From NCBI GenBank assembly GCA_964610875.1, contig CAZSWP010000040.1, positions 1 through 33,157 on the forward strand: a stretch of 33,157 nt of DNA. The letters are read 5' to 3'. Origin of the DNA: an uncultured archaeon (GTDB taxonomy: Archaea > Asgardarchaeota > Thorarchaeia > Thorarchaeales > Thorarchaeaceae). Made by a program: the position numbers and the translations under genes. The notes below the pieces were generated by a model. That model saw only the letters and a list, made by a program, of their open reading frames with translations. It ran no database searches and was not told the origin of the DNA. Positions 1 through 10,444 of this stretch are shown piece after piece; position 1 is the stretch's first letter, and every line of letters starts with the position of its first letter.

Positions 1-2
1 CG

Positions 3-3000
3 ATAACCTTCAACCTAACATGGACTCCAACACCATCAACTCCTGATCCGGACTTAGATATCTCATTAGACCTTGATATAGAGCTTAACCTTTTTGCTAG
101 AAGATATGATGTAGAAACAGTATATGAAATAAAATCCACTAGCTATGGAGAGATATTCTCAATTGAAAATGGGACAGATGCTTACTATAGCACATATTTC
201 TATGCAGATATTCCTGAAGGATATCCAAATCGATACTTCTACAATGTAACGATACCTACGAATAGGGATGTCTATTTCTTAGCAAAACCACTGGATCCCA
301 GTACAAACCTTGAAACTGGCTGGACTGGAGGTGACCCCGGCGATGGCTATGTGAATGTATCAACATATGATATAGCTACAATTGCAGGCAGATATGGATA
401 TTGGAGAATGCTTAGCAATTCACCAAATATGATTACAAGTATGGAATTATATGATCCAGATACAACAAATTGGGTAAGGGATCTAGACCTACGTGCTGAT
501 CAGACCACTAGAATACAAGCTGATCTTGGGACTGAATTCGAAAACTCAATAGTAAACTTCACTATATACACTCCAGATGGTGATAAGTGGGATAGTGTTC
601 TTGCAACCACGGATTCCTCTGGCTATGCAACTACATCTGAGTTCACGTTTGCGGGATCAAATGCATCAGCTGGGTCATGGATGGTTCAAGCTTTCACAAA
701 TGATACGGGTACTAATGGTCAATGGCGATCGACTGGTTTCTTCAAACGTGCATTCACTGTTACTCATGCTGCTGAGTTATTATTGACATATCCAGAAGAG
801 GATAGCCCTTGGATTGTCAATGTGACATATGGTGACCTTTTGCTAATTGTGGTAAAAGCAAATGATACTGATAGTAATGTGCCAATATCTAACGGCATTC
901 TTGAGTATGACTTGGGTGTTGAAACAGGAACATTTGATGCAGGCAGCAATGGTGAATATACTACTGTATTAAATCAAACTAGTTTGTCGAGTAGTGGTCA
1001 GTTCCAGATGGACCTTGAATGGTCTAAATCTAGCTTCGACAATGCTTTGGCTACTCTGTATATCAATGTCAACTATCCTGCTGAATTGACCTCCCCAGAG
1101 TATCCAGGAATTGGTGGTGCGATTGAGCAGAATCAGAGCTTCACCGTTGATTTTCGTAATGCTAATGGAACTGGAATTACAGGAGCCACAATAACCACTA
1201 ACTGGACTGATGGGTATTCAGTACAAGAACTGTCTGATGGCTTGTATGAAATTGAACTAGATATAGATTCAGCTGGATTAGATGAATACCCAATCAATGT
1301 AACTGCTAAAGCGTCATTTGTTGAAACTCAGCATATGCTAATGTACGTAGAAGTTAGAGAAGTATACAATATCATCTCGTACTCTGCTAACCAGTTGTCA
1401 ATCCCACTCGGTGAGAATGCGTCATTTACAATTACATGGACTGATAGAGAAACAGGGGATCCGATAAATGGAAGTGCTAGTTACATCACGTGCAATTGGA
1501 CATCATTCCATTCCACTGGTGAAAAGAATTATACTATTGAAGAAACAGCAACACCCGGAAAATACAAAGTAACAATCCATACTGAGGATGATGATCCTCT
1601 TACTGCAGAAGATGAATTTCTGACTGTCAGATTCAATGTTTCGAGATATGCCTATCAGAATCATACGTTTGACATAGGAGTAAAGATTCGGAGTCATAAT
1701 ACATACTTTGCCTTGGATGAACCGATAGACCAGACTTCATTTGAAAGGAATATCACCGTTCTAGTTTATTATAGCGATACTGACCTACTTGAAGGAATAG
1801 TAAACACTACTGGAGATATCGGGTTGACAATTACCACTCCAGGTGTTTCAAATCTCATCTTCTATGTTACTGATTCTACACTTGGTGATGGACACTATAA
1901 CATAACAATTCCAGCAAATCAATGGGGTGAGATAGGATGGAAGAATCTCACGATCCTCATTGAATGGACTGGTACTTATACTAAATACTTTAGTCAGACT
2001 ATTGAAACTGAAGTAAGAATCTTAGGAACAGATACAGACCTCTACCTTGGTGAAGCTCCAACAGCTACATACTATCTGAATAACTTCACCTTCTCCATTA
2101 TTTACTACGATACTGTGAATGATACTGCTATTAGTAATGCATCATTGTTCAATGTACTCTATATGATAACTCCACTTACAGGAGGTCATCCTGTCGCTCA
2201 GAGTGATTTTCAAGTCATTGAATCCTTGACAAGTCCGGGTACCTATGAATTCAGTCTGAACACATCAAGATTTGATGCGATTGGTACATTCAAATTCCAG
2301 ATTGATTTCATGTGGAGTAGTGGTGTGACTCCATTATATGAGAATAGGACTCTATCAATCACTCTAGTAGTACTTCAGAGGCCCACCTATATTGACTATA
2401 CGCCTGCACCATCAACACCTTATGGTGAACTTGTGGACTTCTCATTTACCTACGTAGATTCCTTAGCAACAGAACGAATTCCTAATTCGAGCTCACTTCA
2501 AATCAGTTTGAGCGATATCGGAGTTAGTTATTCAATATCCTATAATGAAATACTAAATGAGTTCACAATTACCATTGATACAGGGACACTCTCTATTATC
2601 GGAGATAATACACTACATCTGAACGTTACATGGTCAGGAACACCATTCTACAAATCAATTACAAACACCGAATTCACGATAACTGTAACGCTCAGAAGTA
2701 CACAATTGACACATCTATCCTTTGCTCCTGGTCAGTGGGGCAATATTGTCGATATTGAATTCATTTTCACGGACCTTGTATCCGGGAGTTCATCAGGTAT
2801 GACGGGTGTTCTCACTCTGAATGTGAGTAGTATTTACTATACTGTCACACCACTTGGTAACGGTCATTATCTGGTCGAGCTGAATACCTCTGCTTATCCG
2901 TTACCAAGTATTTACACAATCAATGCCACTATCGTATACACTGGTAGCAACAATGCTGCTGATGCTATCGAGTTGTTCTCATTCTCCGTTCTGGAACGTG

Positions 3001-6000
3001 TTACACAATTTGGATATGAGAATCCAGATCCAACTTCTTTCTTAGAGAATGTAACATTCTACATATCCTATACAGATGATTCTACAAGCAAAGGAATAAG
3101 TGATGCTATCTTTGATATAGAGTGCGCTAACTCGACCGAAACTCTTGTACTAGATGATAATTTCTGGATTGAGTACATCTCGGATGGTCAGTATTTAATT
3201 CTTGTAAGCTCCACTTCTCTAGGAAATATTGGCATCTATATTTTGCAGATAGAGGTCTCTTATGCTGGTCAGCCTTTCTATGCATCTGCTACAAGGAATA
3301 TCACAACAAGAATAACACAAAGAACCACCCAGATTCTTATTACACAGACTCCTGGTGAAGTCGCATTTAATGAGAACCTCACTATTGCCTTCAAATATGA
3401 GGACTTTCTTACTGGACAATTGATTAAGATCAACAAATCGCATATAGTTCTGACACATGGTATTCTACACACATTAATTCCATCAATTAACTACACGTTA
3501 ACAAATTACACAACATATTACACCATATCCTTCAATTCATCATTACTAGATGACTCCGCCTTAGTTTCTGGACACTCGATCTATATCGTTATTGATCGTA
3601 GTGTTGGGGCTCCCTACTATGCACCTCGCAATACAGCAACGACTGCTACAACTACTGAGCGTCCAACTCAGATTCAATTCCCATTAATAGAAGATACTGC
3701 TTATGGCACAAATATCACGCTCAACATAAAGTTCATCGATTATCTCTCCGGAGATGGAATTGATGGTGCAATAATTGAGATTGCATGCAGCAATCTCACC
3801 ACACTTGTGAATTACACAGTCCCATTAGGTGATGGTTCATATCGTATTCTTATCCCTAGCGAACAGTTTGGAGGTCTCGGGATTGTTGAATTCGATGTGA
3901 CCGTTTCTAAGGATGGGCTACCATTCTATCAGACACGTGTGAGTCTTGGTGTACCCGCAACAATAAGACAAGTCCGTACATCCATCATTGTTTCAGCGCC
4001 ACCTGCTGGTACCATTCCTGTTGGAGATGCATTTGTTCTAAATGTGACTGTGACTGATGTTGATAATGACTTGCTACTATCAGGATTTGCAATTACTTGC
4101 AACTGGACAAATGGCTATAGTGTTGACGAAGTGGATAATGGGTTCTACCAGATTACACTCAATACAACAGGAGTAATTGCCCAAGCGTATCCGATACTTG
4201 TGGAGGCAAACAAGCAATTCTATGCAACAGCATCTGCTGAGTTATCTGTACAACCAGGTTCTCGGGTCTATGAAATTCAACTTGAGAAGAGCACATACTA
4301 CGCAGATTGGGGTGAGATGATCCAGATACGATTCATTGTGGTTGATAGCTATTATGGTAGCTACATTCCATTCATGAATGCATCACTGCTATTGAATGGC
4401 ACACTCACGTATTTCACAGACAATGAAGATGGTACCTACACCTACAATCTAGATACATCTATCAACGATTATGGAATCTTCACTCCAACAATCACCGTAT
4501 CACGGGAGTTCTATCAGACAAGACAGAGAACCTTCAATCTTGTCATTTACAAAGCAACTGGACAAATTATTCCCGATGAAACAACAGTCGAAATCGTACT
4601 AGAATCATCAGAAGAAGTGACTGTATATCTCAATGATACAGTGTCAAATACACCCGTTTCTGATGCATCTGTCACCATGGAGTGGAACAACACAATTTAC
4701 GATTTGACTTATACAGGCACCCCCGGCTATTACTCGGCAACTCTCGATGTGGCTGGATTCAGTATTGCATCATATGATCTAATCTTCAGAGTTGTGGCAA
4801 CAAATCATGATTTCCTCGACCGAACCGTTACTGTCAATATCATCCCCGTGCCTACTGAATTCGACCCTGCATCACTCCCTTCGTCCTTCTCCTTGTATTT
4901 TGGACAAAACATTGAGATATCATTCAACTATACTGACTCCTTCCATGGCGATGTAATTATTGATAATGCTAATGTCAGTTACACTATTGGAGGTCTCTCG
5001 GGCGTTTTAGAACAGGATGTCGATGGTGTATACAAAGCTTCTATTGACACATCTACACTAAATGTCGGATCATTGAGTCTAAAAATCACCGCCAAAAAAC
5101 AAGGATATTCGACTATCACCAAGACAATTCCTGTGACAATTCTCTCATTGCCAGTTGAGATTCTTGTACATTCATTCACAGTTGATGGCTATGTTGGTGA
5201 TACTGTCAGTTTCATGATATACTTCAATGATACTTTCAACAATGAACCGATAATGGATGCAATTGTTACAGCATCTTGGGAAGGAGAAGATGGCATTACT
5301 AGTGATCATGAAAATGGATCTTACTCTCTTGCTCTTAATTTGACATTGACAACACCCAGACTCTATGAAGTTTCTATTCAAGTGAGTGCTGTCAACTACC
5401 AGATTGCGGTCTTCACTGTGAATGTTATCATAAAGGCAACACCCGCTAAGATAATAGCTCCCTCTACTATATCGTTCCCAGTGAATGATACTGGCGTTGT
5501 TGTCGTGACACTCATAAACAGTCTGACCGAAGAACCAATCACCGATGTGAATGGTATTGCTTACTGGTCTGGTCTTGGAGAATCCTTCCTTATCTTAATG
5601 GAGAACGGTAGTTACAGGATGCCTATAATTGAGAATCTTCAGATTGCATCATATGAGGTTGAGATTGTCTTCTCCACTTCTCTCTATGATGTCGAATCAT
5701 TTACATTGACTGTGATTGTTCGCAATGTTCACACTGATTTATTATATGATGATTCAAGAATTAATACATCTCCTGGGTCTCCGCTTGTGTTGAGAATCAC
5801 GTATATTGACGTGGATCATGATAATATCGGAATTCCGGGTGTCATCCCCCTAGTTACTTATCCTGAGCAGAATATAACATACTATCCAAATCTGCTTGAG
5901 GATTACGGAAACGGTACGTATGACTTATACTTCCAGATAAATGCTGCATTCACTATGTCGATAACAGTACAATTCTCTTACGGACAATACGAAACACAAG

Positions 6001-6680
6001 AAGCAGAGTTTACGATACTTTCTGATGTAACAGCTGCACAGCAGGCTGCACAGATTGCTACAACAACAGGAGGAATTGGATTACTCGTTGTTGCCATGCT
6101 CTTATTCTTCTACATCCGAGTCTGGTCTGTACCACGACAGATTCGTGCAATGAATAGAATGATACGGCTTCTTGCGAAGGGTCGTATTCCTAAACCTGCT
6201 GAGGCTCCGTCAAGAGGTAAAATGGCATTACAAATACTGAGTGAAGAGCTGAAGGGAAGTGGAGTCGCAAAGACAATTGATGATGTTGCTCCAGAACCTA
6301 TCATTGCTCATGTTCCTGAAGTCAACGATTTGCTTGAGCGACTTGCTGAAATAACTGGTCTTGGAGAAACCGAAATTACTGCCTTCAGAGCTGACCTCGC
6401 AAGAATGAAACCAAGTGAGCGTCCCGGATTCTTGAAAGAAGTAATTGTTCAAGAAGAAGCTCGTAGAGCAGAAGAACTAGTAGAACCAGAATTAGTAGCT
6501 GAAAAAGAACCAGTTACAAAACGTCTTGAGGATCTTCCTGAAGAAACTGAAGAACTACGTCAGAAACTTTTGAGTAAAGGTCTTGCAAAGGAAGAGATTG
6601 AAGTGATCTTGGAAGAAGCAAAGAACCTCTCGAAAGCTGATTTGGAGGCACTATTATCAAGTCTTGGAATTGATCTATAG
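3..6680 (+). CDS. Giant single-pass cell-surface protein with many tandem Ig-like repeats, 5'-truncated (>2200 aa in window)
   Basis: The frame is open from base 3 to TAG 6680, so the GTG at 351 is internal. It has roughly 100-aa Thr/Tyr-rich beta repeats with a recurring 'GxGxYxIxLxT'-like motif and many N-x-S/T sequons. A TM helix (GGIGLLVVAMLLFFYIRVW, ~6070-6126) is followed by a charged helical tail of about 185 aa. Confidence 0.9.
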   Translation: MTFNLTWTPTPSTPDPDLDISLDLDIELNLFARRYDVETVYEIKSTSYGEIFSIENGTDAYYSTYFYADIPEGYPNRYFYNVTIPTNRDVYFLAKPLDPSTNLETGWTGGDPGDGYVNVSTYDIATIAGRYGYWRMLSNSPNMITSMELYDPDTTNWVRDLDLRADQTTRIQADLGTEFENSIVNFTIYTPDGDKWDSVLATTDSSGYATTSEFTFAGSNASAGSWMVQAFTNDTGTNGQWRSTGFFKRAFTVTHAAELLLTYPEEDSPWIVNVTYGDLLLIVVKANDTDSNVPISNGILEYDLGVETGTFDAGSNGEYTTVLNQTSLSSSGQFQMDLEWSKSSFDNALATLYINVNYPAELTSPEYPGIGGAIEQNQSFTVDFRNANGTGITGATITTNWTDGYSVQELSDGLYEIELDIDSAGLDEYPINVTAKASFVETQHMLMYVEVREVYNIISYSANQLSIPLGENASFTITWTDRETGDPINGSASYITCNWTSFHSTGEKNYTIEETATPGKYKVTIHTEDDDPLTAEDEFLTVRFNVSRYAYQNHTFDIGVKIRSHNTYFALDEPIDQTSFERNITVLVYYSDTDLLEGIVNTTGDIGLTITTPGVSNLIFYVTDSTLGDGHYNITIPANQWGEIGWKNLTILIEWTGTYTKYFSQTIETEVRILGTDTDLYLGEAPTATYYLNNFTFSIIYYDTVNDTAISNASLFNVLYMITPLTGGHPVAQSDFQVIESLTSPGTYEFSLNTSRFDAIGTFKFQIDFMWSSGVTPLYENRTLSITLVVLQRPTYIDYTPAPSTPYGELVDFSFTYVDSLATERIPNSSSLQISLSDIGVSYSISYNEILNEFTITIDTGTLSIIGDNTLHLNVTWSGTPFYKSITNTEFTITVTLRSTQLTHLSFAPGQWGNIVDIEFIFTDLVSGSSSGMTGVLTLNVSSIYYTVTPLGNGHYLVELNTSAYPLPSIYTINATIVYTGSNNAADAIELFSFSVLERVTQFGYENPDPTSFLENVTFYISYTDDSTSKGISDAIFDIECANSTETLVLDDNFWIEYISDGQYLILVSSTSLGNIGIYILQIEVSYAGQPFYASATRNITTRITQRTTQILITQTPGEVAFNENLTIAFKYEDFLTGQLIKINKSHIVLTHGILHTLIPSINYTLTNYTTYYTISFNSSLLDDSALVSGHSIYIVIDRSVGAPYYAPRNTATTATTTERPTQIQFPLIEDTAYGTNITLNIKFIDYLSGDGIDGAIIEIACSNLTTLVNYTVPLGDGSYRILIPSEQFGGLGIVEFDVTVSKDGLPFYQTRVSLGVPATIRQVRTSIIVSAPPAGTIPVGDAFVLNVTVTDVDNDLLLSGFAITCNWTNGYSVDEVDNGFYQITLNTTGVIAQAYPILVEANKQFYATASAELSVQPGSRVYEIQLEKSTYYADWGEMIQIRFIVVDSYYGSYIPFMNASLLLNGTLTYFTDNEDGTYTYNLDTSINDYGIFTPTITVSREFYQTRQRTFNLVIYKATGQIIPDETTVEIVLESSEEVTVYLNDTVSNTPVSDASVTMEWNNTIYDLTYTGTPGYYSATLDVAGFSIASYDLIFRVVATNHDFLDRTVTVNIIPVPTEFDPASLPSSFSLYFGQNIEISFNYTDSFHGDVIIDNANVSYTIGGLSGVLEQDVDGVYKASIDTSTLNVGSLSLKITAKKQGYSTITKTIPVTILSLPVEILVHSFTVDGYVGDTVSFMIYFNDTFNNEPIMDAIVTASWEGEDGITSDHENGSYSLALNLTLTTPRLYEVSIQVSAVNYQIAVFTVNVIIKATPAKIIAPSTISFPVNDTGVVVVTLINSLTEEPITDVNGIAYWSGLGESFLILMENGSYRMPIIENLQIASYEVEIVFSTSLYDVESFTLTVIVRNVHTDLLYDDSRINTSPGSPLVLRITYIDVDHDNIGIPGVIPLVTYPEQNITYYPNLLEDYGNGTYDLYFQINAAFTMSITVQFSYGQYETQEAEFTILSDVTAAQQAAQIATTTGGIGLLVVAMLLFFYIRVWSVPRQIRAMNRMIRLLAKGRIPKPAEAPSRGKMALQILSEELKGSGVAKTIDDVAPEPIIAHVPEVNDLLERLAEITGLGETEITAFRADLARMKPSERPGFLKEVIVQEEARRAEELVEPELVAEKEPVTKRLEDLPEETEELRQKLLSKGLAKEEIEVILEEAKNLSKADLEALLSSLGIDL

Positions 6681-6688
6681 AAGGAAAT

Positions 6689-6712
6689 GGAGATGGGTCA
6701 AAGTCCATCTTC
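6689..6712. terminator. Hairpin between convergent genes, putative terminator
   Basis: GGAGATGGGT-CAAA-GTCCATCTTC forms a 10-bp stem with G-U pairs on the + strand, in the 34-bp gap between two convergent stops, followed by a T-rich tract. Confidence 0.5.
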
Positions 6713-6714
6713 TT

Positions 6715-7728
6715 CTATTTTTGAAATGTAGTTTCGATTTCCTCTAGAATATCTGGATGTTTCTCAAAAAATTCTCGAGCAGGTGTGAGTATTTCTATTA
6801 ATCCTTCGGTAACTGCTTGTTTCACATCTAACGGATGCAATTCATTAGAGGTATAGGCTTTCTCAAATTCGTCAATGTCATCAAATTCTACATCTCCCCC
6901 GAATTTCTCCTTCCTTGGAATGAGTATTTTTTCCTTCCGCGGGAAAAGTATGTATCGCACGGTGGATGTTATAGCATTATCCTGCAAATCTCCCGCTGGA
7001 CAGTAGGCTTTCTTTATGGTTTCCCTTATACTCTTTGGCGAGTCGGTTACACGAATATGGGATAAGGGGTCACTAGCTGACATCTTACCTCCTCCGCCTC
7101 TTATTGATGGCAATAAAGGCATGAAGATGTAAGCTCCTTTTTGATATCCAACATCTTCCAGTAGTTCACGACCAAGCATGTAGATATTCCTTTGATCGAT
7201 GCCTCCAACAATTATCTCTGCACTCAGATACTTTACATCTAAAATTTGAAGAAGGGGATAGAGTAACTCGCCAACCTTAGCGTCGCCTTTCATTCGCACA
7301 ACTTCACTTGCCGCTCTCTTTGCCCTTGTTGTCGTGACCTTTGATGCAATTTTGTATAAGTCTTCAACATAGTCTCTCTTATGCTGATATTCAGAACCTC
7401 TAACAAACTTGAATTTTTTGCCATCATCTCCTAGGAGACCCTTGATACACTCTTCATAATATTTTGACCGGAGTTCCATTAGTTCAAAGGATGTCTTCTG
7501 AGCATCTAGGTGAGCATGATAATCTGCTAGAAGAATTGTTCCTTTACCTCCAATATCTGATAGCTGAATTAATTTGTTGAAGGGTATCAGATACGCAAAG
7601 TGGAATGGTCCTGTTGGTGCAGTTCCATAATAAAAGTTGAATGATTTCTTCTGGATAATCTCTGCAATCTCTTCTTCTGTTACCACTTCCTCTGCATTTC
7701 TTATTGCAAGTTCCAATTCTTCACTCAT
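6715..7728 (-). CDS. tyrS: Tyrosine--tRNA ligase (archaeal/eukaryotic type)
   Basis: Class I motifs: [14 protein letters not shown] (HIGH equivalent), [26 protein letters not shown], KMSAS (KMSKS), KKAYCP, HPLDVK. ATG 7728 is preceded by SD-like GGTGAG; the ORF track starts at GTG 7737. Confidence 0.95.
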   Translation of the reverse strand: [337 protein letters not shown]

Positions 7729-7764
7729 TGTGCTCACCGAATGCGCCGGATGACTATGTCTGTA

Positions 7765-8808
7765 TTAAGCTTGTGGGAGAGTACTGCATTCCCTATCTCT
7801 AATTCGTTTTGTAACAACTGCAAGTGCAATGAAACCAACTATCACACTAAACCAAAGTGTCACAAATCGAATGATGAGTGTTGCAGCTATTGCAATCGAG
7901 GGATTATTCACAACAAGGAGTGTTATCATATAAGCTGCAAACACCTCATATCCACCAAGACCAGCTGGGAGGAAGAAGAGAACCGCACCTACTGCGGAGG
8001 CACCAGCATGTATGAATGTAGCTTGAGCTAACAACATGATTGAACCCACAGTGAATGATGGGAGACCTTGCCCTGTCATAAGACCAAGCAATAACCAGAG
8101 CTCAAGACATTCCATAAACCACCCAGGAATGCTAACGGCTGTCCCTAAGAGCATGGGTTTCGGAGATAATGTCTTGACCATGGTGTCCTCAATCTGATCA
8201 CAACTTTCTTCGAAACGCTTGAGTGGTCCTATCGACATCATGCGTTTCAATATTCTATCATAAAATGCTGGTCGGGTTAACATCAGTGCTCCAAAGAAAA
8301 CAAGTGCTCCTGAGATAATGATTAAGAATAATTGGTTTCCTCCAGTGAACACTGCGAGAAATGCAAAACCGGCAAGTATCACCATTGCTAACAGATCTGT
8401 CACTCTCTCAGAAATAACGACAGGGACTGTCTTCGCAACAGGTGCTCCCTCTAGATCTTTACAGAAATAGCCCTTAATTGCTTCACCGATTTTGCCAGGT
8501 GAAACTGTCAATGTGAAACCTGCTAGAAATGTGCTAAAGCTATCTGCGTGTGACATATTTACATCGATTCTATGAAGGTAATATTGCCACTTGAAATATC
8601 GAATGATATAGTTAAGAAAAGATAGGCTTATCATGACGGGAATTACCCACCACAGTTCAAGACTTGACATCACCGATACTACCTCTTCAAATCTTGAATA
8701 GAAGAGCATAATGAGATAGATAATCATCGCCGCAAAGACAAAAACAAGTAGTTTCCGTACACTCACAAAGGAACTTTCTTGTTCTACTAATGGTTCACCA
8801 CTCGTCAT
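7765..8808 (-). CDS. Lysylphosphatidylglycerol-synthase-TM / UPF0104 flippase-like membrane protein
   Basis: About 8 TM segments with family motifs 'NYIIRYFKWQYYL', 'SPGKIGEAIK', 'ERVTDL', 'PAGLGGYE' and 'LIIRFVTLW'. ATG at 8808 overlaps the upstream gene's 3' end. Confidence 0.85.
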   Translation of the reverse strand: MTSGEPLVEQESSFVSVRKLLVFVFAAMIIYLIMLFYSRFEEVVSVMSSLELWWVIPVMISLSFLNYIIRYFKWQYYLHRIDVNMSHADSFSTFLAGFTLTVSPGKIGEAIKGYFCKDLEGAPVAKTVPVVISERVTDLLAMVILAGFAFLAVFTGGNQLFLIIISGALVFFGALMLTRPAFYDRILKRMMSIGPLKRFEESCDQIEDTMVKTLSPKPMLLGTAVSIPGWFMECLELWLLLGLMTGQGLPSFTVGSIMLLAQATFIHAGASAVGAVLFFLPAGLGGYEVFAAYMITLLVVNNPSIAIAATLIIRFVTLWFSVIVGFIALAVVTKRIRDRECSTLPQA

Positions 8809-9484
8809 ATGCAATTCTCCTAATCCGTTGCCAAAGCATGGTTGGAATATGAGTGAAGAAGATTGAGGGTGCCCCTGAAATTTGAGTCCGTCCCTGTTTC
8901 AGCTCAGTGTAGATATCTTCAGCATTGGTGATATCCTGTAACCATGTTCTAGCATGACCAACCTCAAGCCAAGAATGACCATCACTCCCTGCAGTCATTG
9001 GTTTTCCAAGTTTTCTGGCAAGATTTTGAGCCCAAGTATTGAACAAAGGTAGAATGCATCTTGCGTTTATTCCCTCTATCAAATCCACATGCTTAACAAT
9101 AAGGTCTTCAGGTAGTCCTTTCCTCATTGCCGTTTGTTTCCGCAGAGGGTCCATTGGATGAGGTAAGACTGTGAGCCCTCCCTGAGTATGGACATCTTCT
9201 GCAATTTCAGCGAACGTGCGATTCTTAACGTGATCATTTATGAAAAGACCTATGAGCTCACCGTAGTCAGTGGATTTGTATTCACATGCTGGAATGATGT
9301 ATCTACCATCTCTCTCAATAATCTTCAGTGTTGCAGCTCGCCAATGTTCTGTTGGTGCCAAGCCTCTAAGGTCATGTTTCCTCATCAATTTGAAGAGGTC
9401 TTTTGGTTTGTTGAGTCCATCCTTGGAATGCAGTGTATGCATGTGCAGGTCAAAGGATGAGATTCTTGATGCCATTTTATTCAC
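8795..9484 (-). CDS. PHP-domain metal-dependent phosphoesterase
   Basis: DLHMHTLHSKDG, PTEH, CEY, PHP, IEGINAR and GSDGHS are PHP-family metal ligand motifs. Confidence 0.9.
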   Translation of the reverse strand: MNKMASRISSFDLHMHTLHSKDGLNKPKDLFKLMRKHDLRGLAPTEHWRAATLKIIERDGRYIIPACEYKSTDYGELIGLFINDHVKNRTFAEIAEDVHTQGGLTVLPHPMDPLRKQTAMRKGLPEDLIVKHVDLIEGINARCILPLFNTWAQNLARKLGKPMTAGSDGHSWLEVGHARTWLQDITNAEDIYTELKQGRTQISGAPSIFFTHIPTMLWQRIRRIAYDEW

Positions 9485-10438
9485 CTAAGTAACAACAGGT
9501 GGAAACAACCCCTGAATAAACTCAAGTAATGGAATCCAGAATAGCAGTGTAACTATTAAGACGATTCCTAAAATTATTGTGCCTGCGATTATTCCCTTGT
9601 CCGTGAAAGCAAGATGTGGTTTTCTTCCTACGGGACTGCCAGACTGTATTAAGTAGACATATCTCAAAACAAGACCTGCTGCTACAGGGACAGTGAGTAT
9701 AATTGGTTGTGCTTCCAGTATTGCATGAAAATTGGCATAGCAATAGAGTGTGTAAAAGAATACCACCCAGGTGGCAGACATTGATATTGCTTGATCTAGA
9801 ATAGCATGATTATATTGAGTGAAAACCGATTTGTGTTTTGGAGCTTCTTCTCCCATCAATTGCAATTCATTCTTGCGCTTACCAAATCCTAGTACAAGTG
9901 CAAAGAAGAATACTCCCATTATCAACCATGATGTGAATGGAACATGAATGAGAAATGTACCTGCCACAGCTCTAATAACAAATCCTACAGCGATGCAAGT
10001 TACGTCCACGATAGCCCAATTTCTGAGATAGTAATTGTATAATTGTGAGTTAAAGATGTAGGCAACAACCAGTATGAAGAAGATACTATCGAGGATATAT
10101 GATAAGGCTAATCCTGTAACCAATAATATTGCGGCAATCGCTAATGATGTAGTTCTGTCAACTGCTCCAGAGGGTAGAGGTCGATGCTTCTTTTCCGGAT
10201 GTGCAGCATCCTTTTCAATATCCTGTACATCATTTATGATATAACCCGCACTTGAAACAGCACAAAATGCTGCAAATCCAAGAATCAATGGCGGATAGTA
10301 GCTCAAGTTAAATATAGCTGGTAGGGTATCCCATGGCCAAGTTGTTGGAAGTTCAACAAATATCAATGCAAGAAATACGAGGCTGTTTTTGTACCATTGA
10401 TGTGGTCTAAGTAATTTTAGATATTGCTTCAGATTCAA
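9485..10438 (-). CDS. UbiA-family polyprenyl-phosphate phosphoribosyltransferase (DPPR synthase / Rv3806c-like)
   Basis: Motifs LRPHQWYKN, YIINDVQDIEKDAAHPEKKHRPLPSGAV, GFVIRAVAG and FGKRKNEL, in a multi-TM protein. TTG start with SD GGAGTGA. Confidence 0.85.
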   Translation of the reverse strand: MNLKQYLKLLRPHQWYKNSLVFLALIFVELPTTWPWDTLPAIFNLSYYPPLILGFAAFCAVSSAGYIINDVQDIEKDAAHPEKKHRPLPSGAVDRTTSLAIAAILLVTGLALSYILDSIFFILVVAYIFNSQLYNYYLRNWAIVDVTCIAVGFVIRAVAGTFLIHVPFTSWLIMGVFFFALVLGFGKRKNELQLMGEEAPKHKSVFTQYNHAILDQAISMSATWVVFFYTLYCYANFHAILEAQPIILTVPVAAGLVLRYVYLIQSGSPVGRKPHLAFTDKGIIAGTIILGIVLIVTLLFWIPLLEFIQGLFPPVVT

Positions 10439-10444
10439 AGTGCT

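Noticed and set aside
351-353. ORF-track start of the giant protein
   Set aside because: The frame is open back to base 3 and there is no signal peptide at 351, so the true start lies upstream of the window.
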